Assembly: GCA_034506395.1 (NCBI GenBank)
Contig: JAPDPQ010000001.1
Span: 4,435 to 68,434, forward strand
DNA: 64,000 bases
Reading direction: 5' to 3'
Source: Candidatus Zhuqueibacterota bacterium
Lineage (GTDB): Bacteria; Zhuqueibacterota; Zhuqueibacteria; Thermofontimicrobiales; Thermofontimicrobiaceae
Shown: piece by piece, positions 9,189-18,840 of the stretch
Layout of the letters: the number at the start of each line of letters is the position of its first letter
Position numbering within the stretch: position 1 is the stretch's first letter
Translations under genes and position numbers: made by a program
Notes under the pieces: generated by a model
Seen by the model: only the letters and a program-made list of their open reading frames with translations
Told to the model about the DNA's origin: nothing
Databases searched by the model: none

Positions 9189-9812
9189 ATGAAACTATAC
9201 CCTGCAATTGCGCTGATCGAGTTTAGTAGCATTGCCACCGGAGTAATTGCTGGCGATGCGATGATCAAAAGAGCGCCGATTTCCATGTTAAAGGCTGGCA
9301 CGGTCAGCCGAGGAAAATATCTGGTGATGATTGCTGGTAGCACAGCAGCGGTCGAGGAATCTTATCGGGCTGGTCTAAGCGTCGGCGAAGCTGCGGTCAT
9401 CGATAAGGTTTTTCTGCCTGATGTGCATCCGCAGGTGCTCGACGCTATCCTTGGAGCAAGAAAAAAAATCAGCTCCGAGGCACTCGGGCTGATCGAAACC
9501 GCATCTATTGCCGCGACGATCGCCGCCGCTGATGCTGGCATCAAAGGGGCGATGGTCGATATCATCGAAATTCGGCTGGGCGACGCATTGGGCGGCAAGG
9601 CATTTGTGATGATGAACGGAACAGTCCACGACGTCACCGCTGCAGTTACCATTGGGCTGAAAGCGATCTCCAATGAAGCGCTTTGGCGCAATCATATCAT
9701 CATCCCATCGTTGCATCACGAAATGGCCCGTCAGATCGACCGTTCGAGCCGATTTGCCCTGGTAGAATATCAAAAATTAGCTGGAGACGAGAGCGAACAT
9801 GTTACTGGGTAA
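9189..9812 (+). CDS. BMC shell protein BMC-T, tandem canonical BMC domains (PduT-like)
   Basis: Two BMC domains (AIALIEFSSIATGVIAGDAMIKRA... and EALGLIETASIAATIAAADAGIKGA...). ATG lies 1 nt after the AldDH stop. No Fe-S-ligand Cys seen in domain 1. Confidence 0.85.
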   Translation: MKLYPAIALIEFSSIATGVIAGDAMIKRAPISMLKAGTVSRGKYLVMIAGSTAAVEESYRAGLSVGEAAVIDKVFLPDVHPQVLDAILGARKKISSEALGLIETASIAATIAAADAGIKGAMVDIIEIRLGDALGGKAFVMMNGTVHDVTAAVTIGLKAISNEALWRNHIIIPSLHHEMARQIDRSSRFALVEYQKLAGDESEHVTG

Positions 9813-10089
9813 AGTGATCGGCACTGTTACGCCCTGCGTGGTTTACCCCGGACTCGAAGGCGTTCCGCTTCTGCTGGTTCAGCCGCTGAGTAAAAACTCC
9901 AAAGCGGTCGGCAAGCCCATTGTCGCCTGCGATGCCACCCGAATGGCTGGTCCAGGAGAACTGATCTATTACGAGGGCGGCCGCGAGGCAGCGCTGGCAT
10001 TAGATCCCTGGTTCGTCCCAGTGGATCACACCATCATTGGCATTGTGGATGGCGTCCATCTAATCGATGAAAGCTCTCAGTCCGAGTGA
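9799..10089 (+). CDS. BMC vertex protein BMC-P, copy 2
   Basis: MLLGKVIGTVTPCVVYPGLEGVPLLLVQPL...IVACDATRMAGPGELIYYEGG. Overlaps the BMC-T stop by 14 nt. Confidence 0.85.
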   Translation: MLLGKVIGTVTPCVVYPGLEGVPLLLVQPLSKNSKAVGKPIVACDATRMAGPGELIYYEGGREAALALDPWFVPVDHTIIGIVDGVHLIDESSQSE

Positions 10090-10319
10090 AATTCAACTCT
10101 TTCAACCTCGCAGACAGCAAGTTCCTGCTGCAAAATGTCAAAAAGAGGCTATATTTTCACGCCGGCGAAGGCAGGTATCTCAACATTCGGTTGACCTAAC
10201 GATCAGTTTAGAAGGAGGTTCCTGTGCGCAAGCCAGCGGACAGAAATGAGAGGGCTCAACCATAGCGCTTTTTGCAACAGAAACTCGCTAGCTAATTTGT
10301 TAGAATTGGAGAAAAAGTT

Positions 10320-10592
10320 GTGATTATCGGCAAAGTCGCTGGAGAAATCTACTCCACGATCAACCACAGTTTCTATGATCAAAAAAAACTGCTGATCGTG
10401 GACAAATTGGACCTAACTGGAACGCCCACAGGCGACTATTTGATCGCAGTAGATTCCGTCGATGCTGGGCTCGGTGAAACGGTATTGGTCATTGATGAAG
10501 GCAATTCGGCCCGACAGGTAGTAAGCGATCCCAATGCGCCAATCCGCTCAATCATTATCGGGATCATCGATGCCGTGCGCATTGAGAGGTGA
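10320..10592 (+). CDS. BMC vertex protein BMC-P, copy 3 (GTG start)
   Basis: IIGKVAGEIYSTINHSFYDQKKLLIVDKLD...LIAVDSVDAGLGETVLVIDEGNSAR. 90 aa. Confidence 0.8.
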   Translation: MIIGKVAGEIYSTINHSFYDQKKLLIVDKLDLTGTPTGDYLIAVDSVDAGLGETVLVIDEGNSARQVVSDPNAPIRSIIIGIIDAVRIER

Positions 10593-10840
10593 CTTCAATT
10601 CAAGAGCGAGATAGCAGCGTTCATCCTCCGTTCGCCGTTCCTTCGGTCCTCGCTCAAGCCAGTCGCTTCAGGTTGTCAAATTTATATCGATGCAAAGGAT
10701 GAAATATTTGACGAGCTCAAAGAGATTTGCTTTTACGATTTTGGGCCCTATTTGCATTCTTTCAGAAAAGCGTTATATTTAATTGATCGTTATTTAATCT
10801 TATTTCGAATTGCTAATCGAACCAAGCGTAGAAAGATTAT

Positions 10841-11527
10841 ATGGCGAATGAATGGCAATTGCGACGGGAGATCGTCGCGATTGGCAAAAAGGCTTACGAA
10901 CGCGGGCTGGTGACGGCCACAGATGGGAATATCAGCGTGCGAGTCATGGGAGATCGTTTTCTGATCACACCGAGCGGCAGTTGCCTCGGAGAATTGGCAC
11001 CCGAACAATTGGTTTATGTCGATTTTGAAGGCAAGACATTATCTGGCGGTAAGCCAACTGGAGAGCTGGCCATGCACCTGGCTGCTTATCGAGAGCGGCC
11101 AGACATCCATGCCGTCTTGCATGCACACCCACCAATTACCACGGGCTTTACCATCGCTGGCGAATCACTGGCGCAATGCGTCATCCCCGAGGTTGTGGTG
11201 ATCTTCGGGACCATCCCTACTACGGAATATGCCACTATTTCAACTGAAGAGGGTGCCAAAGTCATTCGGGAATTGATCCGCGACCATGATGCTTTGATAT
11301 TGGATCGGCATGGGACAATTACAGTGGGAAAAACCCTCATCGACGCATATCGCAAACTCGAGAAGGTCGAATATGCCGCCCAGGTCACCCTGGTTGCCAA
11401 ACAATTGGGCAAAGTGAAAACCTTATCGCGTGAACAAATTCAAAAATTGGAAGCCGTCAGGCAAAAATATGGCTATCAGGGCCGAAAATCGCTATGCGAG
11501 GCATGTGGCCTCTGCAATATTTCATGA
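10841..11527 (+). CDS. Class II aldolase/adducin-family protein (FucA/RhaD/AraD/MtnB-like) with a C-terminal extension
   Basis: ATDGNISVRVMGDRFLITPSG...KPTGELAMHLAAYRERPDIHAVLHAHPP...LDRHGTITVG includes the Zn-binding His triad. The C-terminus adds SREQIQKLEAVRQKY...CEACGLC. Confidence 0.85.
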   Translation: MANEWQLRREIVAIGKKAYERGLVTATDGNISVRVMGDRFLITPSGSCLGELAPEQLVYVDFEGKTLSGGKPTGELAMHLAAYRERPDIHAVLHAHPPITTGFTIAGESLAQCVIPEVVVIFGTIPTTEYATISTEEGAKVIRELIRDHDALILDRHGTITVGKTLIDAYRKLEKVEYAAQVTLVAKQLGKVKTLSREQIQKLEAVRQKYGYQGRKSLCEACGLCNIS

Positions 11528-11694
11528 AATCAGTCAGCGCTGACGACTTCATCCAATTGAATTAAAGCATCGACAAATTGCCGTGATCGCCAATTGCGCG
11601 AATTGACCCAATTAACCCAATTTTGCTATTCGCCAAATTAGCTTTATTCGTTTGAATTCGCTGTTTTATTCTATATCCCATCGCGCCAATCCAG

Positions 11695-12588
11695 ATGAAG
11701 GAGAACAAATTTTTGACTGCAAATCAGCAAGAACCGATCCAATCCACATACGACTGTATCCCCTGTGCTATCGGGAGCCTGATCACTCTATTTAAAAAAG
11801 GACTGGTTTCAGAAAGGGATCAGGAAATCGCCATGCGAGCATTATTGCGTTATCTCAGCACCATTGATTTCCATCAATCCCCTCCCCAAATCGGTCAACA
11901 GATGCAACGGATCATTCGACACGTGCTCAATAATCCTGATCCGTATTTAGAAATCAAACAGCAATTCAATCGCTTGCTTCTCGATCATTACGTTGAATTA
12001 AAAGCATGGGTGGACCAGGCGGCAGATCCATTTCAGATGGCATTGCGATTGTCCATCGCTGGAAACGTGATCGATTTCGGTCCGAATCAACGCTTTGATG
12101 TCCACCAAACATTGGAACGGGCAAAGACTATTGTCCTGGCGATCGATGATTCAGAGCCTTTGCGCCAGGCCATCTCGAAAGCAACGCTACTTCTCTATTT
12201 GGGAGATAATGCTGGCGAAATCGTGTTGGATCGTATTTTCCTGGAAACGATTAACCATCCCAATGTCTATTTTGCTGTTCGCAGTGCGCCCATCATCAAT
12301 GACGCATTGCTGGAAGACGCAATCATGGTAGGAATCGACAAAATTGCCCATGTCATCACCAATGGGGATGATGCGCCTGGGACAATCTTAGAGAACACCT
12401 CAGCCCAATTTAAGACAATTTTTGACCAAGCGGATCTGATCATTTCAAAAGGCCAGGGCAATTATGAGGGTCTTAGCTGCGTTGATAAAAATATCTTCTT
12501 TTTGCTAATGACCAAATGCGAGCATGTCGCTAATCATCTTGGAGTAAAAAAAGGTGATTTTGTGGTGAAACAAGGACAAGGTTGTTGA
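11695..12588 (+). CDS. DUF89 / ARMT1-like damage-control sugar-phosphate phosphatase family protein
   Basis: 297 aa with characteristic segments SIAGNVIDFG, LGDNAGEIVLD and KGQGNYEGL. Confidence 0.65.
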   Translation: MKENKFLTANQQEPIQSTYDCIPCAIGSLITLFKKGLVSERDQEIAMRALLRYLSTIDFHQSPPQIGQQMQRIIRHVLNNPDPYLEIKQQFNRLLLDHYVELKAWVDQAADPFQMALRLSIAGNVIDFGPNQRFDVHQTLERAKTIVLAIDDSEPLRQAISKATLLLYLGDNAGEIVLDRIFLETINHPNVYFAVRSAPIINDALLEDAIMVGIDKIAHVITNGDDAPGTILENTSAQFKTIFDQADLIISKGQGNYEGLSCVDKNIFFLLMTKCEHVANHLGVKKGDFVVKQGQGC

Positions 12589-12795
12589 GTTAAACTGTGT
12601 TAAAATTCTTGATGATCATTGCATGAGGGTTCTACAATTGAATCCATTCGAATTTTGCTCGTCGCTGCTAAAAAAGTTTAGGAATCCGTTTTGTCTCATT
12701 CATCGATGTACGCATTGATTTTATTCATAAATTAACAGATGAGCTGTTGAAAATAGCTTTTTGTATTTTGCAGAAATTCCTCAAATGTACAAGCA

Positions 12796-13623
12796 ATGGA
12801 GAAACCCATGTATCCAGTTCTTTTTAGATTTGGTGCCTTTGAGCTCCGCAGCTACGGTCTCGCTCTGGCGCTGAGCGTGGCGCTGGGAATTTGGATTTCT
12901 TTGAAGCGAGCGCCTCGCTATGGAGTCAAAAAAGAAACGATTCTCGATCTGGCTGTGATCATTATGCTGGCAGCGATCATTGGCAGTCGATTCTGGTATG
13001 TGATCTATCATATTGATGAATTTCGCGGGCATTGGTTCGATACCATCAACCCGTTTCAGGGTGGCACGATCGGGATTGCTGGTTTATCCATGGTCGGCGG
13101 GGTGGTTTTGGCAATTCTTTCGGCGCTGGTCTACGCGATGGTCAAGAAATTGGACTTTCTGAAGTTGGGCGATACCATCGCCCCAGTTTTTTTACTTGGC
13201 GAAGGGATCGTCCGCGCTGGTGGCTGCTTTCTGAACGGCTGTTGTTTCGGTCGCCCTACCGATAGCCCGCTGGGCATTGTTTTTCCTCCAGAGGGCGTGG
13301 CTGGTTCGCTGTTCCCTCACACGCATCTTTGGCCTGCCCAACTGTTCGCCTCTGCATTGGGTTTCATTGGATTTGCCCTCGCCCTCTGGCTTGATCGAAA
13401 ATCCAAATTCAAAGGATTTACCTTTTGGCTGGTGTTCGGGTATTATGCAATCGATCGGTTCATCGTAGATCAATTTCGCTATTATGAATCACCTCAAGTA
13501 TTAGCCACATTAGGGCCGATCACTTTTAACGCGAATCATTTGTTGCTGGCCGGATTGTTTATTTTCAGCGTCTTTTTCTTCATTCGAGGCTGGCGCCAGC
13601 AGCAGAGGTCAGAGAGAAAATAG
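12796..13623 (+). CDS. lgt: Prolipoprotein diacylglyceryl transferase
   Basis: Polytopic membrane protein with an Lgt-like GGCFLNGCCFGRPT and an HPTQLYE-like HTHLWPAQLFAS segment. Confidence 0.7.
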   Translation: MEKPMYPVLFRFGAFELRSYGLALALSVALGIWISLKRAPRYGVKKETILDLAVIIMLAAIIGSRFWYVIYHIDEFRGHWFDTINPFQGGTIGIAGLSMVGGVVLAILSALVYAMVKKLDFLKLGDTIAPVFLLGEGIVRAGGCFLNGCCFGRPTDSPLGIVFPPEGVAGSLFPHTHLWPAQLFASALGFIGFALALWLDRKSKFKGFTFWLVFGYYAIDRFIVDQFRYYESPQVLATLGPITFNANHLLLAGLFIFSVFFFIRGWRQQQRSERK

Positions 13624-14628
13624 ATTGATGTGTTCCTGAGTTCGCTCGACTTGATGGAACGCATCCTGTTGTGACCTAACACAAAATCAAAAAAGTTCTT
13701 TCGATGAATTGAATGGGGGACAAGATGAATTGAAATGGCTCAAGGCTGCAACTTTCTTAATTTTCGCTTGGGCACCTTCTTCTTGTACCCTCTTTCTGAC
13801 ATCTTCAATTTACGATCGAATGATTTCTTTCATGAACGCAATGGCAAAATTAGTAGCTCTGAAAAATTTAAATTGCATCCCTGGCATGATCTATGCCCCA
13901 AAGAAAGCTTCATCCTCATCAAATGGCCATTGTCTTCAATTTAATATTGATCGATCATTTTGACTGAGCATTCAATCGTAAAAAGTGATATTCAAAAAGA
14001 ATTTTTCTGCCTGCATAATCTATCTGTGAAAATCAATTTATTGAGCATCTATTGGGTTTTGATCGTCACGACCCATTTGAAAATTTCTAATGAAGCAGCC
14101 TTATTTATCGCCCACAGCTTTTATGGCCCGAACATCAAAATTTGGAATTTAACCTTATTGGCTTATTTCTTGGCTGTTTGAAGATTTTGATCTCCATCCT
14201 CGATATGATAGTCAGCTTTCGAAAACAAAAATAAGGTGCTTTGATTTCACCCGACATGCTATAGCTTCTCCATGTTGCGGATTTGCTTTATCCAGCCACT
14301 AACAATTTTAGGCAGCCAAAGCGCATTTTATCCTATTTCTGGGGAAATCAGCCGAGCAGAGGATTCTGAGAGTAGACACTTTTGGCTCTAGATCCGATTA
14401 GCTTGAAACATTGGGGCGAATGGATGAGCTTCATTGATTTTGATAAATAGCATGCTGAGAATTGCATCCATTGACATGGAATCAACATTGAAAACAATTT
14501 CTGCTGAAGATCTCTCCTCCTTAAAAATTTCAATTTTTCTCGCCCACGGCTGAGTCAAATTATGTGGATATGTGAAGATATGTTTCAATCCTACAAAGCA
14601 GGTGCTAATAATTAGCTGGCAACCAAAG

Positions 14629-15504
14629 CTACATTTTGCGGCATACAATGCAAACATACGGAATGGTGAGGTGCAAAGCGCCGTTCATATGAGCAATGCG
14701 ATTCAATTTTTGTTCAACAATTTCAAACACAGGCTTTCGATCTTCTGGAGAAAGGATCTTTTCCCAACTTTCTAAAAACGCAAGCTTGATGAAGAAATGA
14801 CCGAACATGGCACTGCCATCCAAAAAACTCATCGAAAAATGATCTTCATGAATTTTCTTGATGCGAAAACCTGCAGTGGTGATCATTTTCAGCGTCTGAT
14901 GAAGGGGTCTGCGTTTTTCATGAATATGTTTGTGCATCTCGTCAATTTCCCGCCGCTTTCCCATCTCGCTTAAGGTTTGTTCGAAAATTTGATAAAACTC
15001 CTTCATGGTTCCTGGAAGGTTGACAGTAAGAATAAATTGGGCGTGAGGCTGGCTCACCCGTGCACATTCTGCCAAAACAGCCTCAGGATCGGACACATTA
15101 TTGATCCCATTATTGGACACGATCAAATGAAAAAAGAGAGCGGGAAAAGGCAAATGTTCTCCCAGTGCTTGGATTAAAGCGACATTGGATAGGGCTTGAC
15201 CGTGAGCCTTTAATTGAGCTCGCTTTAGAGCGGCGAACCATGGGTCAATCCCATAAATTTGACATGAGGCACCCATCCGATTGGCCAATTCGATCAATGG
15301 GAAGCCCGCTCCACAGCCGAGATCCAGTACATTCATCTTCGGCTTCATCAAAACGCTATCTAAAAGTCTCAATCCGAATGGCGCAGACCACAATGGGAGA
15401 TCATCCAGAATCGAAACGAGCAATGGATCGTTTGAATCGAACTTCTGACTGACATAATTGTGCATGATTGAGATCCCGTGGTTCGTTGATTTTTTGAATA
15501 TCAC
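14629..15504 (-). CDS. Class I SAM-dependent methyltransferase
   Basis: VLDLGCGAGFPLIELA (motif I) and IVSNNGINNV (post I/II) are present. Confidence 0.7.
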   Translation of the reverse strand: MIFKKSTNHGISIMHNYVSQKFDSNDPLLVSILDDLPLWSAPFGLRLLDSVLMKPKMNVLDLGCGAGFPLIELANRMGASCQIYGIDPWFAALKRAQLKAHGQALSNVALIQALGEHLPFPALFFHLIVSNNGINNVSDPEAVLAECARVSQPHAQFILTVNLPGTMKEFYQIFEQTLSEMGKRREIDEMHKHIHEKRRPLHQTLKMITTAGFRIKKIHEDHFSMSFLDGSAMFGHFFIKLAFLESWEKILSPEDRKPVFEIVEQKLNRIAHMNGALHLTIPYVCIVCRKM

Positions 15505-15642
15505 GATGAGTGATGCGCAGCAGGATCGAAGATCAGCTGCGAGGAATCTTTTATTGCTGGGGAACCCATAAGTTGCCCATCAGTAGAATAGTAAAACTTT
15601 AAATAAATTGCAACCATTATTTAACAATAGGAGTGATTCAGC

Positions 15643-17262
15643 ATGAAAAATTTTCTCCTCGTTGCCCTGGTACTCATGTTTTCACAACTTTTCTCTCCCC
15701 AAACAATTTTTTCCTGTACCAATTATTTGATCACCAAAGGTGCCGCTGTCGATGGCTCGACCATGATCACCTATGCCGCTGATTCGCATGAGCTCTATGG
15801 TGAATTATATTTCACGCCTGCTGCCGATCATCTTCCTGGCACGCTGCTCGATATTTACGAATGGGACACGGGCAAATTTTTAGGCCGGATCAAACAGGTG
15901 GCTCACACATATGCGGTTGTAGGCAACATGAACGAACATCAGGTCTCTATTGGGGAAACAACCTGGGGTGGTCGCGAGGAATTGAAGGATCCAAAAGCCA
16001 TCATGGATTACGGGAGTTTGATGTACATTGCCCTGCAGCGCGCAAAAACCGCCCGCGAAGCCATCAAAGTGATCGCGGATCTCGTTGCTGAGTATGGCTA
16101 CTATAGCTCGGGCGAATCGTTCTCTATCGCCGATCCCAATGAGGTCTGGATCATGGAGATCATCAGCAAAGGACCGAACAACAAAGGGGCGGTCTGGGTC
16201 GCTCGTAAGGTGCCCGATGGCTACATTTGCGCTCACGCCAACCAAGCTCGCATTCGGCAATTTCCATTGAATGATAAAGAGAACTGCCTTTATTCCCCTG
16301 ATGTGATCTCCTTTGCGCGCGAAAAGGGCTATTTTACAGGCGAGGACAAAGATTTCAGTTTTGCAGACGCTTACGCCCCCCTGGATTATAGTGCCTTGCG
16401 ATTCTGCGAAGCGCGAGTATGGAGCATGTTCCGACGTGCAGCCCCATCGTTGAACCTGTCGATCGATTACGTAAAGGGAGTGAAAGGCGCTGAGCCATTG
16501 CCATTATGGATTAAGCCTGATAAAAAACTTTCAGTCCACGATGTTATGGAATTGATGCGCGATCATTTTGAAGGAACCGAATTCGACATGACCAAAGATG
16601 TGGGGGCAGGGCCCTTTCAGCTTCCATACCGCTGGCGTCCGCTCACTTGGAAGGTCGATACCGTTACCTATTGTAACGAACGCGCAGTTTCGACTCAGCA
16701 GACCGGCTTTTCTTTTGTAGCCCAAGCGCGCTCGTGGTTGCCAGACCCAATCGGCGGCGTATTGTGGTTCGGCGTCGATGATACCTATAGCACAGTCTAT
16801 GTTCCCATGTATTGTGGAATTAAACAAGTCCCTCATAGCTTTGCAGTAGGCACTGGATCATTCGATGAATTTAGCTGGGAATCGGCTTTCTGGGTGTTCA
16901 ATTTCGTGGCCAACTATGCATATTCCCGATACAGCGATATGATCAAGGATATCCAAAAGGTGCAGCGTGAGCTGGAGGGAAAATTTTTCGCCGATCAATC
17001 GGAAATCGAAGCTGCTGCGCTGGCGTTATACAAACAATCGCCACAACTGGCCCGAGATTATTTGACCGAATATTCGGTAAAGCAAGGCGATGCCACGGTC
17101 CAGCGCTGGAAAAAATTGGGCGAATTCCTCCTGTATAAATATCTCGATGGAAATGTGAAAAATGAGCTGGGAAAAGTCACCCATCCCGGCTATCCTGAAT
17201 CCTGGTATCGCCGCATCGTTAACGAAACTGGCGAACATTTTAAAATGAAATCACTGCAATGA
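15643..17262 (+). CDS. Secreted C69-family dipeptidase (Ntn-hydrolase, Cys nucleophile)
   Basis: N-terminal signal peptide, then CTNYLITKGAAVDGSTMITYAADS. C69 enzymes start their mature chain at the Cys nucleophile. 539 aa. Confidence 0.75.
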   Translation: MKNFLLVALVLMFSQLFSPQTIFSCTNYLITKGAAVDGSTMITYAADSHELYGELYFTPAADHLPGTLLDIYEWDTGKFLGRIKQVAHTYAVVGNMNEHQVSIGETTWGGREELKDPKAIMDYGSLMYIALQRAKTAREAIKVIADLVAEYGYYSSGESFSIADPNEVWIMEIISKGPNNKGAVWVARKVPDGYICAHANQARIRQFPLNDKENCLYSPDVISFAREKGYFTGEDKDFSFADAYAPLDYSALRFCEARVWSMFRRAAPSLNLSIDYVKGVKGAEPLPLWIKPDKKLSVHDVMELMRDHFEGTEFDMTKDVGAGPFQLPYRWRPLTWKVDTVTYCNERAVSTQQTGFSFVAQARSWLPDPIGGVLWFGVDDTYSTVYVPMYCGIKQVPHSFAVGTGSFDEFSWESAFWVFNFVANYAYSRYSDMIKDIQKVQRELEGKFFADQSEIEAAALALYKQSPQLARDYLTEYSVKQGDATVQRWKKLGEFLLYKYLDGNVKNELGKVTHPGYPESWYRRIVNETGEHFKMKSLQ

Positions 17263-17647
17263 CAATCCAGAATCGAGCACATCGAATCTGGAATGCTCTT
17301 ACAAGAGCTCTGCTCTTCAACTTATGAGTGCTTTCAAAAACCGCAAATTCTGCTATGTACCAATTGGCGCATTTGCTGATTTGAAATTGATTCCCCCAAT
17401 TGGCTAAATTCGCGGCCAAGGTAGAGTGGACTCATTTCTCAATAGCAAAACAATCATAAGACGATGGGAGATCGCTGTTCGGCAGCGATCTTTCATCGAA
17501 TCATCTCTGGTGAATCCTCGGAATCATGGCGTTCGATCAAGTGGCTGGAAAAAACAATTGACATTTGAACGAAAAAATTGTATACTGTGGCGTTCAAGAC
17601 AATCAGATTCGCTCAAACCATCAAGTTAATAACGAGGGAGGAACTCA

Positions 17648-18091
17648 ATGGAAGGCATAATCCAGAAGGCTATGGAGATGTTCGAAATTCCGGCCCATCG
17701 CACTCACTATCTGTTTCTACTTCCTGCTTTCTATGTCGCTAAAGCTGATGGAAAGCTTTCAATGAAAGAAATCATGGCGCTCCGACTTCATGCTGTCACC
17801 CTCGGGCTCATCGGTCCCCAGGATGAGGATAGTGCTGAGTTAGAAACATTTTTTGAAAAAAAGATTGAGCAATTCGGCAAAGAATTGAAACTCAGTGATC
17901 TGGATTTATTGGCCAAGGCAATCAATGCTCGATTGACCAATTACACCCCAGACAAAGCCAAGGCGATTCGCGAGAGCATCTATCAATTATGCATGCACGT
18001 CGCGGATGCATCAGGGCCACTGTTCGGAGAAAATATTACTGAAGAAGAGCGCGAGATGTTGAAACAAATCTTTTATAAGCTGGAAAAATGA
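17648..18091 (+). CDS. Hypothetical protein, TerB-like helical domain suspected
   Basis: 147 aa, helical, with FYVAKADGKLSMKEIMALR reminiscent of TerB/DjlA-N modules. Weak. Confidence 0.35.
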   Translation: MEGIIQKAMEMFEIPAHRTHYLFLLPAFYVAKADGKLSMKEIMALRLHAVTLGLIGPQDEDSAELETFFEKKIEQFGKELKLSDLDLLAKAINARLTNYTPDKAKAIRESIYQLCMHVADASGPLFGENITEEEREMLKQIFYKLEK

Positions 18092-18417
18092 GATCGCCTG
18101 AAACATTTTCTTCAGGGCATGTATGCTGATCTCTGCAGCGCAATCAACTTAAAGCCAGCTCATCATTCGATCGGCAACCATGAGATGCTGCTTTGTAAGC
18201 GCAATCGCCTCAACAGCCAGAAATGGACACGCATCTCAGAATTGGCCCATTTTATCAACAAAGATTGCTGCACTCAAATGGGTCTCTGCGACCTTCGAAA
18301 CATCCCAGCAATGAGTTCTCAGCTTTATCGAAGCCACCTGAAACCTGAGCCAAAAGCGCTGAGGGGATATCTCATTTTGAATAGCAACTTATAACAACCG
18401 ACCTTTGAAATTGGGGA

Positions 18418-18840
18418 ATGAAACAAATGAAATTTTACACTGAATATCTCTGGTTCAATACTGCACGCAAACGGGAGTTCATCAACATCACAGACGAAGC
18501 TGAGAGGGTTTTGAAAAAAAGTGGCATAAAAGAGGGAATGATGTTGGTATCTGCAATGCACATTACAGCAGGCGTTTATGTAAACGATGCCGAGCCAGGC
18601 CTGATTCAAGATATAGAAGATTGGCTACAAAAATTAGCCCCTGAGGGCGTTAATTATCGGCATCATCGCACTGGGGAGGTCAATGGCGATGCCCATTTGA
18701 AGAATCTACTTATCGGGCATCAAGTGATTGTGCCAGTTACTCAAGGCGAGCTTGATCTTGGGCCATGGCAGCAAATCTATTACGCTGAGTTCGATGGTCA
18801 GCGTCGAAAACGGTTGATCATCAAAGTGATGGGGGAATGA
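18418..18840 (+). CDS. YjbQ-family (UPF0047) secondary thiamine-phosphate synthase-like protein
   Basis: [12 protein letters not shown]...[21 protein letters not shown]...[19 protein letters not shown]. Its stop overlaps the nadE ATG (ATGA). Confidence 0.8.
   Translation: MKQMKFYTEYLWFNTARKREFINITDEAERVLKKSGIKEGMMLVSAMHITAGVYVNDAEPGLIQDIEDWLQKLAPEGVNYRHHRTGEVNGDAHLKNLLIGHQVIVPVTQGELDLGPWQQIYYAEFDGQRRKRLIIKVMGE

Noticed and set aside
10067-10249. 60-aa ORF in the gap between BMC-P copies 2 and 3
   Set aside because: It has an Arg/Gln-rich low-complexity translation and overlaps the end of the BMC-P gene. There is no start context. It is probably non-coding spacer containing the promoter and RBS for the third BMC-P.
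13709-14181. Two ~70-85-aa ORFs in the AT-rich gap as real genes
   Set aside because: Their translations are Phe/Ile/Asn-rich, as expected for random AT-rich DNA. There are no motifs and no SD.
18092-18417. Possible TPP riboswitch upstream of the yjbQ-like gene
   Set aside because: I looked for the GGGGUGC / CUGAGA / ACCUGAUCUGGAUAAUGCCAGCG elements on both strands. Only loose partial matches were found, such as acctgaaacctgagcc, and in the wrong order. Not supportable without a covariance-model scan.
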